37,519 bases of DNA from Euryarchaeota archaeon TMED117 (GTDB taxonomy: Archaea > Thermoplasmatota > Poseidoniia > Poseidoniales > Poseidoniaceae). The number at the start of each line of letters is the position of its first letter. Positions within the stretch are counted from its first letter, which is position 1. The stretch lies in assembly GCA_002171315.2 (NCBI GenBank), contig NHFS02000036.1, positions 1 through 37,519 on the forward strand, in the 5' to 3' direction. Below the pieces are notes generated by a model, which was not told the DNA's origin, did no database searches, and saw only the letters and a program-made list of their open reading frames with translations. Both the position numbers and the translations under genes were made by a program. Positions 1 to 8,795 of this stretch are shown piece by piece.

Positions 1-1104
1 AACAGCACCAATTTCAATCCTTCCTTGTTGTAATCCATCCGAGCGAGGTGTGGTTTTCGCAGCATTTCTAGTCAATGAGACTAGAGCTTCGTAAGGATGT
101 ACATCATTCCTCTGGACAAGTAAGGATCCTATGAAGGGCAAATTGTTAATATGACAATTTGGATTAAAATCAGTAGCAATTGTGTAATCAATTCCATGCG
201 AAGACACTTCATTGAAATCAGGCCAATCATCTCCATTCGAATAAGGAGTACCTGGAAGGAATCCAGTCATCACTCCATTTTCCATCATGTCAAGCCTCGT
301 ATCCAAAGGCGTATGATGTGCGTGATCTGCTGTTACAACTTTTAATTCTGAGGCTAGACTTCCTCCGCCACCATCCGTAAATTCATCAATATGCATCCTC
401 AGAGCCAATCCACCCTTTCGAGATTCTCGAAGTATCTCTTCAGATTGCTCTAGAGTAAACCAGCCCGGTTCACAAAAAACATCCGCAGAATGAGCAAGTC
501 CTGATTCTAAAACCGATGGTAATTGCTCAGAAAGAATCTCTTGGGTGTAATCCGCATATGTTCTGTCTTTAGTTACAGCATGCGCTCCCATCCAAGTTGA
601 ATGAATAGATGGTAAGTTTGGTAAGTCATTGAGGGAATCTTGAACCTCTAACAGACGTAATTCCTCAGAAGTTGACAAGCCATATCCTGATTTGGCTTCC
701 AAGAATGTACATCCGTTGCGAAGAGATTCCTTTAATCGATCAATGCCAATCTGAGTCAATTCTTGTTTTGTTGCATTACGCGTGTGTCTTACTGTTTCCA
801 TTATACCACCACCAGAGGCGGCAATCTGGGAGTAGCTCATACCATCCATCCGTAATTTATGTTCATTGAATCGATCACCAGCCCAAAGTAAATGGTTGTG
901 GGAATCGATTAACCCTGGAATTACAGATTTACCTCCAACATCAATTAATTTTGAATCACTTGATTCAAACTCATCAACAGCCTCTTTTGAATCCTTGATA
1001 TCCATTATTACATTGTCTTTTACAATAATTGCTTTACCCACAGTTATTGTATCATTTTCATCAACAGAAGCCATGGAACCTATGTTGAAGAAAACGGTTC
1101 GCAT
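1..1104 (-). CDS. hutI: Imidazolonepropionase (HutI), partial; the C-terminus runs off the left window edge
   Basis: Not in the ORF track, which lists only complete ORFs. My own minus-strand translation is open for all 368 codons from ATG at 1104 to position 1. It reads MRTVFFNIGS...VIPGLIDSHNHLLWAGDRFNEHKLRMDGMSYSQIAASGGGIMETV...LEAKSGYGLSTSEELRLL...IATDFNPN...GRIEIGA, which matches the HutI amidohydrolase signatures. The plus-strand ORFs 151-345, 672-869 and 866-1129 are shadows of this gene. Confidence 0.85.
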   Translation of the reverse strand, partial: MRTVFFNIGSMASVDENDTITVGKAIIVKDNVIMDIKDSKEAVDEFESSDSKLIDVGGKSVIPGLIDSHNHLLWAGDRFNEHKLRMDGMSYSQIAASGGGIMETVRHTRNATKQELTQIGIDRLKESLRNGCTFLEAKSGYGLSTSEELRLLEVQDSLNDLPNLPSIHSTWMGAHAVTKDRTYADYTQEILSEQLPSVLESGLAHSADVFCEPGWFTLEQSEEILRESRKGGLALRMHIDEFTDGGGGSLASELKVVTADHAHHTPLDTRLDMMENGVMTGFLPGTPYSNGDDWPDFNEVSSHGIDYTIATDFNPNCHINNLPFIGSLLVQRNDVHPYEALVSLTRNAAKTTPRSDGLQQGRIEIGAV

Positions 1105-1155
1105 ATTATGGCTAAGAGGTGAGAGTTGAAGAACAATACCATTCTGGGTTAACAC

Positions 1156-2172
1156 ATGGGAAGCAATAGTTGGACGCTGGGCATTGAATCAACAGCTCAT
1201 ACCTTTTCATTTGGTTTAGTTGATTCTAATGGCATACCATATCCTTCAATCAGTGATACTGTGCGTCCTTTAGAAGGTGGTATTCATCCCCGTGAAGCGG
1301 CTGATCATCATAGAGATTATTCATCAACGCTTTTTCAGAAAATTTTAGATTCTCAGAATCTTCAACCATCCGATATTGGTGCTGTTGCATACTCACAGGG
1401 GCCTGGTTTGGGCCCATGTTTAAGAATCGGTGCTTCGGTCGCAAGGACAATTTCAAGCGCTCTTGAAGTTCCGCTTATCGGCGTCAATCATTGTGTCGCC
1501 CATATAGAAATTGGAAGGCAGCAGTGTGATTGTGATGATCCAGTGTTGCTCTATGTCAGTGGAGGTAATACTCAAGTCATTGCGAAATTACAGGGAAAAT
1601 ACAGAGTTCTGGGTGAAACTTTAGACATCGGCATTGGTAATATGTTGGATAAATTTGCACGCCAACAAGGAATTCCATTCCCTGGTGGACCGGTTATTGA
1701 AAAGCTCGCATTAGAATTCATAGAAGAGCACCCTAATGCGTCATTAGAAGGTTTAGAATTGCCATATCCTGTACGTGGCATGGACCTTGCTTTTTCCGGT
1801 ATATTAACTGCGGCTCAACGATTAATTGAGAAAGGCCATTCCTTGGGATCTGTATGTTGGTCTCTACAAGAACATGCTTTTTCTGCTTGTGTAGAAGTGG
1901 CTGAACGTGCATTGGCTCACAGTGGAAAATCTGAATTATTGCTTGGTGGAGGCGTTGCTTGTAACAATAGAATTAGAGAAATGTGCACATTGATGGCTAC
2001 AGATCGAGATTCAACATCCCATGCACCACCGCGAATGTATTGTATCGATAATGGTACAATGATTGCAAGGCTGGGATATATTGAACTTGAAAATGGACGT
2101 ACAACGTCATTGATTACCAGCGGGATCAACCAATATCTGAGAACTGACGATACATTAGTATCATGGTCATAG
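1156..2172 (+). CDS. kae1: tRNA N6-adenosine threonylcarbamoyltransferase Kae1 (archaeal, not fused to Bud32)
   Basis: 338 aa. Contains GIESTAHTFSFGLVD, PGLGPCLRIG, GVNHCVAHIE and LYVSGGNTQV, which are Kae1/TsaD family motifs. Divergent from hutI across a 51-nt spacer. Confidence 0.93.
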   Translation: MGSNSWTLGIESTAHTFSFGLVDSNGIPYPSISDTVRPLEGGIHPREAADHHRDYSSTLFQKILDSQNLQPSDIGAVAYSQGPGLGPCLRIGASVARTISSALEVPLIGVNHCVAHIEIGRQQCDCDDPVLLYVSGGNTQVIAKLQGKYRVLGETLDIGIGNMLDKFARQQGIPFPGGPVIEKLALEFIEEHPNASLEGLELPYPVRGMDLAFSGILTAAQRLIEKGHSLGSVCWSLQEHAFSACVEVAERALAHSGKSELLLGGGVACNNRIREMCTLMATDRDSTSHAPPRMYCIDNGTMIARLGYIELENGRTTSLITSGINQYLRTDDTLVSWS

Positions 2173-2186
2173 GCTTAATCATGCGA

Positions 2187-2195
2187 TTTGTTTTT
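2187..2195 (+). terminator. Possible archaeal oligo-T terminator after kae1
   Basis: TTTGTTTTT run 15 nt downstream of the kae1 stop. Archaeal termination commonly uses T tracts. Confidence 0.25.
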
Positions 2196-2400
2196 AATGA
2201 GTCGTCATGGAGTTGTAACTACCGGGGGATTTTGAATTCGAGATAGGCGCAGAAAAAAGGATGAGCCATTCAATCCCTTTGCGGCAAATGCAAATGCCGT
2301 CCGCCAAAAGAAAAGGAGCGAAAGAATCCCGCAACAAGGGAATTCACCTTCCACTCCCGTTCGCCCCGCCCCTCGTACTCAAAATCTGGAATCTGACTTA

Positions 2401-3078
2401 TTGAAGAAACAAAAAGAAGCTCGGGAAAAACTCACTGTTTCGGAAAAACAAATTTCTTCACAAATAACACCTACTGTTGGATCCAATCAAATCAACACTG
2501 CAGCCCCACAACAATCAACTTCAAAGAATCAATCACGTGCTGATCGTTTAGCAGAATTGCGCAAGCAGTCTCAAGAATCAATCAAAAAGACGGAATCGAT
2601 TTTAGAACCATCTGTTTCAGCCGACGTGGAGCCAGAAATTGACACTCTACCAACCGTGCCAAATGTTGTAGCAAAGGAAATCAAACCAGCAACCTCATCA
2701 CCTGTAGTAGATTCTGAAACCTCTGCTCAGAAGAATGTATTCAAAAAGATCACAACAAAGGTAACAAAACCAGAACGTTTCAATCGAAGAAGAAGAAAGC
2801 ATGATGATGGACATGGTGGTCGCCAACCAAAGGTTAAGAAATTAAACCGACAAAAGTACAATGAATACAAATACGCTGCAAAGGACATTCTTGATGATGA
2901 GAGTGTTGCAGAGGAACATCGTTCGAACCTACTTGGTCAAATCTGGGCGAAAGGAGAAAGAATCGGTGTTGAAGAAACATACCAATTCATCAATGACAAG
3001 GAAAAAGAACTCATTATCTCTAAGGAAATAGCGGAACGACTAACAACCCTCGTCCGAGCCTTAACAACAAGAAGATGA
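2401..3078 (+). CDS. Hypothetical Lys/Gln/Ser-rich protein; 5' end uncertain
   Basis: 225-aa ORF starting at TTG. The N-terminal half is low-complexity and basic. The C-terminal ~75 aa look globular (KYNEYKYAAKDILDDESVAEEHRSNLLGQIWAKGERIGVEETYQF). The same frame stays open for 55 further codons upstream without any ATG, GTG or TTG (see findings). Confidence 0.5.
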   Translation: MKKQKEAREKLTVSEKQISSQITPTVGSNQINTAAPQQSTSKNQSRADRLAELRKQSQESIKKTESILEPSVSADVEPEIDTLPTVPNVVAKEIKPATSSPVVDSETSAQKNVFKKITTKVTKPERFNRRRRKHDDGHGGRQPKVKKLNRQKYNEYKYAAKDILDDESVAEEHRSNLLGQIWAKGERIGVEETYQFINDKEKELIISKEIAERLTTLVRALTTRR

Positions 3079-3082
3079 TCTT

Positions 3083-3556
3083 ATGTCCGTCGTAGAACTT
3101 AATTCAGTCGCAACAGTCCATTACACAGGCACTTTACCAGAATCTGGAGAAGTTTTTGATTCGAGTGAAGGAAGAGACCCTCTAACATTCTTGGTGGGTC
3201 ATAAACAAATGATTCCAGGTTTCGAAGAAGAACTCATGGGTGCTGAAAAAGGCGAAAGGAGAACCTTTACGCTAACTCCTGAGCGAGCATATGGACCAAG
3301 GATGGAAGAAGCAATCCAAACTATTCCAAAAGATATGTTCGGTGACATTGTACCTGAAGTAGGAATGACGTTGATGTCGGATGTTGGACCATTCAACGTT
3401 GCTTCTGTGAATGGTGATACAATCACAGTTGATTTCAATCACAAACTTGCTGGTGAATCATTAACATTTAGTGTTGAAGTCGTTGATGTCCGACCTGCAG
3501 ATGAAGAAGAGATCTCTCATGGCCATTCTCATGGACCCGGCGGAGTCAATCATTGA
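3083..3556 (+). CDS. slyD: FKBP-type peptidyl-prolyl cis-trans isomerase, SlyD-like, with a His-rich tail
   Basis: VHYTGTLPESGEVFDSS...PLTFLVGHKQMIPGFEEELMGAEKGERRTFTLTPERAYG, an IF-domain insert, DFNHKLAGESLTF, and the C-terminal tail HGHSHGPGGVNH. Confidence 0.88.
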   Translation: MSVVELNSVATVHYTGTLPESGEVFDSSEGRDPLTFLVGHKQMIPGFEEELMGAEKGERRTFTLTPERAYGPRMEEAIQTIPKDMFGDIVPEVGMTLMSDVGPFNVASVNGDTITVDFNHKLAGESLTFSVEVVDVRPADEEEISHGHSHGPGGVNH

Positions 3557-3600
3557 AATCAAAAGCGAGGATTCATGAATTGCCTCTTCATGGGTGATTT

Positions 3601-5172
3601 ATGGTGGACTTTCGTAAAGACAACTGGGAAACCTTGGGCGGAATTTCAATTCCATCCTATCATATTGGTAATGATGAAGAAATTCCAGGGCAGCCTCCAT
3701 ACACTCGAGGAATTCACGAACACATGTACAAGACGCGTTTATGGACAATGCGACAATATGCTGGATTCTCGTCAGCAAAAGAAACGAATGAACGATTTCG
3801 TTTGTTACTTGAACGAGGGCAGAAAGGCCTTTCTGTTGCATTCGATTTGCCCACGCAATTAGGACTCGATGCTGATGATCCTTTGTCTGAAGGAGAAGTA
3901 GGTAAGGTAGGCGTTTCTATTTCTACACTCGAAGATATGAGGGAATTACTCGATGGCATACCGCTTGACAAAGTTTCAACCTCAATGACAATTAATGCAC
4001 CTGCGATGGTTTTGCTTGCAATGTATGCAGTAGTTGCGGAAGAACAAGGCGTATCAATGAACAAAATATCGGGAACTATACAAAATGATATTCTCAAAGA
4101 ATACATCGCTAGAGGGACATACGTGTTTCCACCCACTCCTTCAATGAGATTGATTACTGATATATTCGAATATTGTTCAACGAGTATTCCAAAATGGAAT
4201 ACTATCTCTATTTCAGGATATCATATACGAGAAGCAGGTTCCACCGCTGTTCAGGAATTAGCATTCACTATATCCAATGCATTAGCATATGTGGAATCTG
4301 CAATTGATAAGGGATTGGATATAGACCAATTTGCACCAAGGCTATCATTTTTCTTTAATTGCCATAACGATTTTCTTGAAGAAGTATCCAAGTTCAGAGC
4401 GGCTAGAAGACTCTGGTATGATCTAATGACAACTCGGTATGAACCAAAGAATCCTCGATCAGCAATGCTTCGATTCCATACTCAAGTTGCAGGAGTCTCG
4501 TTAACTGCCCAACAGCCGCTAAACAACATTAGCCGAGTAACTATTCAAGCACTTGCTGCAGTATGCGGTGGTACTCAGAGTTTGCATACGAACAGCTATG
4601 ATGAAGCATTAGGGTTACCTACGGAAGAAAGTGCAACTGTTGCATTAAGGACTCAACAAATTATTGCTGAAGAATCAGGTGTCGCTGATGTTGTAGATCC
4701 ATTCGCAGGCTCCTATCATATTGAAAACTTGACTAATGAAATCTATACTCAAACCATGAATGAAGTAATGAAAATTGAATCGATTGGTGGAGCTTTATCT
4801 GCTATTGAACAAGGTTACCAACAGCAAGAAATACATTCTACTGCCTACAGATATTATAATGAAATTGAGAAGAATACTCGAAAAATTGTTGGCGTAAATC
4901 ATGGTGTTCTAGATGAAGAAATTAAAGTTCAACCTATGAAACTAAATCCAAAGGTTACCGAACAACAGCATCAACGATTACGAGAAACAAGAAATTCAAG
5001 AGATTCAAAAGCGGTCGAGCAAACTCTAGCCTTAATTTCAAATGCCTGTTCCAGTAACGAAAATTTGTTCCCGTTGGTAATTGAAGCCGTAAAATTAAAT
5101 GCAACTTTAGGTGAAATCATGAACTCTATGAAAGAAGTTTTCGGCACATACATGGCTCCTAGTGGCTTTTAG
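3601..5172 (+). CDS. mcmA: Methylmalonyl-CoA mutase, catalytic (N-terminal) large subunit, archaeal split type
   Basis: 523 aa with PYTRGIHEHMYKTRLWTMRQYAGFSSAKETNERFRLLLERGQKGLSVAFDLPTQLGLDAD and FHTQVAGVSLTAQQPLNN. There is no B12-binding DxHxxG domain in this ORF, so the cobalamin subunit must be encoded elsewhere. Confidence 0.93.
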   Translation: MVDFRKDNWETLGGISIPSYHIGNDEEIPGQPPYTRGIHEHMYKTRLWTMRQYAGFSSAKETNERFRLLLERGQKGLSVAFDLPTQLGLDADDPLSEGEVGKVGVSISTLEDMRELLDGIPLDKVSTSMTINAPAMVLLAMYAVVAEEQGVSMNKISGTIQNDILKEYIARGTYVFPPTPSMRLITDIFEYCSTSIPKWNTISISGYHIREAGSTAVQELAFTISNALAYVESAIDKGLDIDQFAPRLSFFFNCHNDFLEEVSKFRAARRLWYDLMTTRYEPKNPRSAMLRFHTQVAGVSLTAQQPLNNISRVTIQALAAVCGGTQSLHTNSYDEALGLPTEESATVALRTQQIIAEESGVADVVDPFAGSYHIENLTNEIYTQTMNEVMKIESIGGALSAIEQGYQQQEIHSTAYRYYNEIEKNTRKIVGVNHGVLDEEIKVQPMKLNPKVTEQQHQRLRETRNSRDSKAVEQTLALISNACSSNENLFPLVIEAVKLNATLGEIMNSMKEVFGTYMAPSGF

Positions 5173-5181
5173 GTGAGTAAT

Positions 5182-5601
5182 ATGAAACAGAGAATTGAAA
5201 TCGATCACATTGGAATAGCAACAAACTCCCTTGATGAAGGTAGTAAATTTTGGAAATTATTGGGACTCCAATCACAAGGTGATGACGAATTTGTAGAAGA
5301 TCAAGGAGTCACAACTCGATTCTTCCCCTTGTCTAAATCTATTACAAGCGCCCCTAATATCGAATTGTTAGAACCATCTGGACCTGATACTCCAATAGGT
5401 AAATTTCTAGAAAAGCGTGGTGTGGGAATACAACAACTTTGTTTATCCGTTGATAATTTAGTAGAACTCATTTCCCATCTTATGGAAAATGGAATTACGA
5501 TGATTGATGAAGTTCCACGAAAAGGCGCACACAATTCGATTATTGCTTTTGTACATCCCAAAAGTACTGGCGGCGTTCTAGTCGAGTTAAAACAACGATA
5601 G
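5182..5601 (+). CDS. mce: Methylmalonyl-CoA epimerase (VOC/glyoxalase fold)
   Basis: IDHIGIATNSLDEGSKFW...GIQQLCLSVDNL...AFVHPKSTGGVLVELKQ. The ORF track starts it at GTG 5173. ATG 5182 sits behind an AGGTGA that overlaps the mutase stop, so I prefer 5182. Confidence 0.85.
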   Translation: MKQRIEIDHIGIATNSLDEGSKFWKLLGLQSQGDDEFVEDQGVTTRFFPLSKSITSAPNIELLEPSGPDTPIGKFLEKRGVGIQQLCLSVDNLVELISHLMENGITMIDEVPRKGAHNSIIAFVHPKSTGGVLVELKQR

Positions 5602-5609
5602 CAGATGAA

Positions 5610-5957
5610 ATGAGCATAATGCTCATAATCGTTCTCGATAACCAGACAGCGATGAGGAGTTGTATTGACCAATTAATTGCCTTGCCGCATATTGCAGGTC
5701 CAAGGATTCGAGAAGAAGCCGAATTCATTGCTAGTCGACTTGAAATTCTTCGAATTCATGGTGAAATTACAAATGATGCATTCCTTGATGCAGGAGCTAT
5801 TCAAGGTGCATTTACACTTATTGGAACACTTGTAGAGATGGGCGTGCCCCAGCAAGAAATCCAACAGGAATTACGTAATACGCTTGTACGGGCTAAGCGT
5901 CTCGAAGAGAAGCATCCTGGATTGGATATCGCTATTGAGAACGGTCGAGCCTCTTAA
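5610..5957 (+). CDS. Hypothetical small helical protein
   Basis: 115-aa ORF filling the gap between mce and the ABC ATPase. No motif recognised. The start could also be 5619 or 5652. Confidence 0.4.
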   Translation: MSIMLIIVLDNQTAMRSCIDQLIALPHIAGPRIREEAEFIASRLEILRIHGEITNDAFLDAGAIQGAFTLIGTLVEMGVPQQEIQQELRNTLVRAKRLEEKHPGLDIAIENGRAS

Positions 5958-5970
5958 TCGAGGATTCAAG

Positions 5971-6795
5971 ATGAATGAAAATCTCCTTCACCTCACTGAT
6001 GTGAGTAAATCCTTTGGTGAAGTGAATGCTATCGAACATGTTTCTCTGGATATCAAAGATAGGTCAGTGATTGGTTTAGTTGGAGGAAATGGTGCTGGAA
6101 AGACAACGTTACTACGTATGATGGCTGGGATTTACAAACCCACAACTGGCAGAGTCTATCTCAAAGATGGGCAAAATGTAGACCAAATGCGATCGTTGTT
6201 GGGAGTTGTGCCTGAATCAACTGGATTGTACTCTAAACTTACCGCTTGGGAAAATATTCGTTTTCATAGTCGTATTCATGGCATAGAGGATTCAGTAGCA
6301 TGGTCCCGAACAATCCGATTCGCAGAATTACTTGATATGCAGGATAGTCTTCATAGATATACAGAAGGATTTTCCCGCGGAATGAAACAAAAAACTGCAT
6401 TACTCAGGGCATTGGCTCATGGGCCAAGCATATTATTGCTAGACGAACCAACTGCTGGGCTAGATGTTACGTCGGCAAGAATTGTTAGAAAATTAGTGCA
6501 GCGGCTTAAGGAAGAAGGGGGTACTGTCATCTATTCTACCCATCACCTAGCAGAAGCTGAACAAGTCTGTGATCGGATCATTATCGTCCATAATGGTACC
6601 ATACGCGCAGATGGTAAGCCAGAGGAATTACTCCAACTAACGAATACGCATTCTCTTGAGGAAGCTTATGTTTCACTGACTTCTGAAGTAGCAAGGCCAC
6701 GTCAAGAAGATTCCATTAAGACTTCGAAATTTGCTTTACTGTGGCGCAGATTGTTCACCAGGCGACATACATATGAGGTGAACGAAGATGAGTAG
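5971..6795 (+). CDS. ABC transporter ATP-binding protein (NatA/ABC-2 exporter type)
   Basis: Walker A GGNGAGKTT, signature FSRGMKQK, Walker B LLLDEPTAGLD and H-loop STHH. I trimmed the start from the track's 5884 to ATG 5971 (MNENLLHLTDVSKSFG) because the longer form overlaps the upstream ORF. Confidence 0.9.
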   Translation: MNENLLHLTDVSKSFGEVNAIEHVSLDIKDRSVIGLVGGNGAGKTTLLRMMAGIYKPTTGRVYLKDGQNVDQMRSLLGVVPESTGLYSKLTAWENIRFHSRIHGIEDSVAWSRTIRFAELLDMQDSLHRYTEGFSRGMKQKTALLRALAHGPSILLLDEPTAGLDVTSARIVRKLVQRLKEEGGTVIYSTHHLAEAEQVCDRIIIVHNGTIRADGKPEELLQLTNTHSLEEAYVSLTSEVARPRQEDSIKTSKFALLWRRLFTRRHTYEVNEDE

Positions 6796-8008
6796 AATTC
6801 GATTTACTCAAATGCGAGTAGTTGCAAAGAAAGAAATCATCGAATTTATTCGAGATTGGCGGACTATTGTTGCATTGATTCTCGTCCCTCTGCTTCTTTT
6901 CCCTCTCTTGTTTATTGCATTCCCTCTAGTCATGCAAAGTGAAGCCCAGGAGTTACAAGAATTGGATGTTGATGTTCTTGTACAATCTGATTACATCGAT
7001 TCACAGATCCTATTCGGATTAAATGAAAGCAACATGTCAATAACGATTGAATCCTTGCCAAGTGGTCTCGAAAGTCTTTCACAACCGTTGAATGATTCCT
7101 CACTGTTGCGATCTTATCAGTACGATGCAATCTTAAGGCTTCAACAAACAAACGACACATGGATCTACTCGGTACTCTACCTATCAACTTCAGAACAATC
7201 TACAGAAGCTCGTAATCGAGTTCTCGAGGTGCTCAATAATTGGGAAACGAATGAAACCATTCAACGTATAGAGGCTGGTGGTCTTGATGCAGATTCAACG
7301 TTGAATCCATTACGATGGGATGGCACAATTGCCGATGCTGATGTAGCAACAAAAGGTGAGCAAGCAGGTTTACTATTGTCGCTCTTTATCCCGTTTGTAT
7401 TGGCACTGTGGACTGCATCTGCAGCTGTACAACCTGCAATTGATATGACTGTTGGAGAGAGGGAACGAGGTACACTAGAAGCATTGTTGAGTTTACCATT
7501 ATCTCGCTCAGAACTCCTGATGGGTAAATGGTTAGCAGTTGTCACAATCACAGGCGTAGGGGTGGCGTTACAGGTTGCAGGATTATTATTTGGAATAGCA
7601 TTTTTAGCAGAGGATTTAGTCAATGTTCCTTCGATAAGTATTGGCTCTGTCCTTCTGTTGACACTAGCAGTCGGGTTGTATGGAACTATGATTGTAGCTC
7701 TTTATTTATCTCTGGCTATGAGATCAAAATCTGTTAAGGAAGCAGGAACTGTTCTAACACCGATTACACTTGCAATGATCGTACCAATTTTGCTTACACA
7801 ATTCATCAATTTAGATGATGTCGAATCATTTTGGTTTGCAATACCCTTCGTGAATGTTCTCCTTGCACTTAGAGAATTACTACTCGACAGAATTATTTTA
7901 GAACACGTACTTATCTGGATTAGTGTATCTGTATTTGTTTCCGCCTTAACAATTCGATATGCCGCTAAGCAATTCTCACGGGAAGACATCGTTACTTCAA
8001 GATCGTAG
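6788..8008 (+). CDS. ABC-2 family permease (NatB-like) with a large extracytoplasmic loop
   Basis: 406 aa. One N-terminal TM, a loop of about 150 aa, then five or more C-terminal TMs. Overlaps the ATPase gene by 8 nt. The motif VGERERGTLEALLSLPLSRSELLMGKW is typical of NatB-type ABC-2 permeases. Confidence 0.8.
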   Translation: MSRIRFTQMRVVAKKEIIEFIRDWRTIVALILVPLLLFPLLFIAFPLVMQSEAQELQELDVDVLVQSDYIDSQILFGLNESNMSITIESLPSGLESLSQPLNDSSLLRSYQYDAILRLQQTNDTWIYSVLYLSTSEQSTEARNRVLEVLNNWETNETIQRIEAGGLDADSTLNPLRWDGTIADADVATKGEQAGLLLSLFIPFVLALWTASAAVQPAIDMTVGERERGTLEALLSLPLSRSELLMGKWLAVVTITGVGVALQVAGLLFGIAFLAEDLVNVPSISIGSVLLLTLAVGLYGTMIVALYLSLAMRSKSVKEAGTVLTPITLAMIVPILLTQFINLDDVESFWFAIPFVNVLLALRELLLDRIILEHVLIWISVSVFVSALTIRYAAKQFSREDIVTSRS

Positions 8009-8012
8009 TATT

Positions 8013-8033
8013 CTTCATATATTCGTATACGAT
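8013..8033 (+). promoter_or_regulatory. Candidate TATA-like element plus a 10-bp perfect palindrome upstream of the RHH gene
   Basis: CATATATT lies about 26 nt upstream of ATG 8043, which would fit a leaderless transcript. It is immediately followed by the palindrome TCGTATACGA at 8023-8032. Confidence 0.25.
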
Positions 8034-8042
8034 GGACAGGCT

Positions 8043-8216
8043 ATGCCCAAGGTAAGTTTAGACATGCCAAATGAACTTCTAACCGACTTGAAATTTCATG
8101 TTGGCGATGAAAAAAAATTCATCAGCGTTGCTGACGCAATTCGTTCTGCATGCAGGAAATTACTCGATCAACTCGATACCATAGATAAGCGACAAGGACG
8201 TTTAGAAGGTGAATGA
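8043..8216 (+). CDS. Ribbon-helix-helix (CopG/Arc-like) small DNA-binding protein
   Basis: 57 aa, MPKVSLDMPNELLTDLKFHVGDEKKFISVADAIRSACRKLLDQL. This gives an N-terminal beta-strand followed by two helices. The track's longer 7959 start lies inside the permease gene. Confidence 0.55.
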   Translation: MPKVSLDMPNELLTDLKFHVGDEKKFISVADAIRSACRKLLDQLDTIDKRQGRLEGE

Positions 8217-8218
8217 AT

Positions 8219-8785
8219 ATGACAACTAGAAAAGAAGCTGAAAATGCGGTACATACACTGCTAAAATATTTGGAAACCGATTCACAGAGAGAAGGACTGA
8301 TGAGGACTCCCGAGCGAGTTATCGATTCTTGGGATGAAATATTTAGTGGTTACAAAACCAATCCTGAAGAGATTCTCGAAGCCACATTCAATGCTGAAGG
8401 ATATGATGGTATTGTTTTACTTAGTAATATTGAGTTTCACTCTACATGTGAACATCATCTCCAACCGTTTTCAGGAAAGGCACACGTAGCATACATTCCA
8501 GTAGACCGCATTGTGGGAATCTCAAAGCTTGCACGAATTGTAGATCATCATGCGCTAAGATTGCAAAACCAAGAAAGAATCACAAATGGAGTTGCAGATG
8601 ATTTAGTCAAACATTTATCACCACTTGGTGCTGCTGTAATTGTTCAAGCAGCACATGGTTGCATGCGTTGTAGAGGCGTAAAGAAACAAAATGCAATTAT
8701 GACCACCAGTTCTATGCGAGGAGTATTCTTCGATAAACAAGAAGCACGTAGTGAATTAATGCAACTTATCTCAGATTCAAATTAG
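8219..8785 (+). CDS. folE: GTP cyclohydrolase I (FolE type IA)
   Basis: Contains REGLMRTPERV, HSTCEHHLQPFSGKAHVAYIP, SKLARIVD and HGCMRCRGV. An alternative ATG at 8213 overlaps the RHH stop. ATG 8219 has better spacing from the AGGTGA. Confidence 0.93.
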   Translation: MTTRKEAENAVHTLLKYLETDSQREGLMRTPERVIDSWDEIFSGYKTNPEEILEATFNAEGYDGIVLLSNIEFHSTCEHHLQPFSGKAHVAYIPVDRIVGISKLARIVDHHALRLQNQERITNGVADDLVKHLSPLGAAVIVQAAHGCMRCRGVKKQNAIMTTSSMRGVFFDKQEARSELMQLISDSN

Positions 8786-8795
8786 GAAGGATTCT

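Noticed and set aside
151-1129. Three plus-strand ORFs (151-345, 672-869, 866-1129) at the left edge
   Set aside because: They lie antisense to a continuous 368-codon minus-strand frame with clear HutI motifs. Their translations are low-complexity with no motif. They are shadow ORFs.
2173-2400. Possible tRNA or other small RNA in the longest non-coding-looking gaps (2173-2400, 20531-20634, 26262-26393, 34620-34711)
   Set aside because: I found no GTTCGAATC-type T-arm or cloverleaf complementarity and no box C/D (RUGAUGA...CUGA) pairs. The GC-rich patch at 2351-2380 is explained by a Pro/Arg-rich open frame. These gaps are best read as divergent promoter regions.
3714-4136. Long antisense ORFs inside strongly supported genes (for example 3714-4136, 7261-7623, 20622-20951, 21479-21811, 27496-27909, 28433-28822, 32300-32698, 32955-33314)
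   Set aside because: Each is embedded opposite a gene with unambiguous family signatures (mutase, ABC permease, TPR protein, PntAB/PntB, M6 protease). None has a recognisable motif or RBS.
3083-5172. A functional link between the His-tailed SlyD-type chaperone and the B12-dependent mutase (metallochaperone idea)
   Set aside because: This rests on adjacency alone (a 44-nt gap). SlyD His-rich tails are associated with nickel delivery, not cobalamin. I have no sequence evidence for a specific link.
5884-5970. N-terminally extended starts given by the ORF track (5884, 7959, 9431, 10152, 11938, 12811, 13157, 13681, 13665, 20085, 20626, 26313, 27837, 31408)
   Set aside because: The extensions overlap the preceding gene or the divergent neighbour. 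Internal ATGs sit behind GGAGG/GGTGA-like sites and coincide with the family-typical N-terminus. I trimmed the coordinates accordingly, and the start choices remain approximate.
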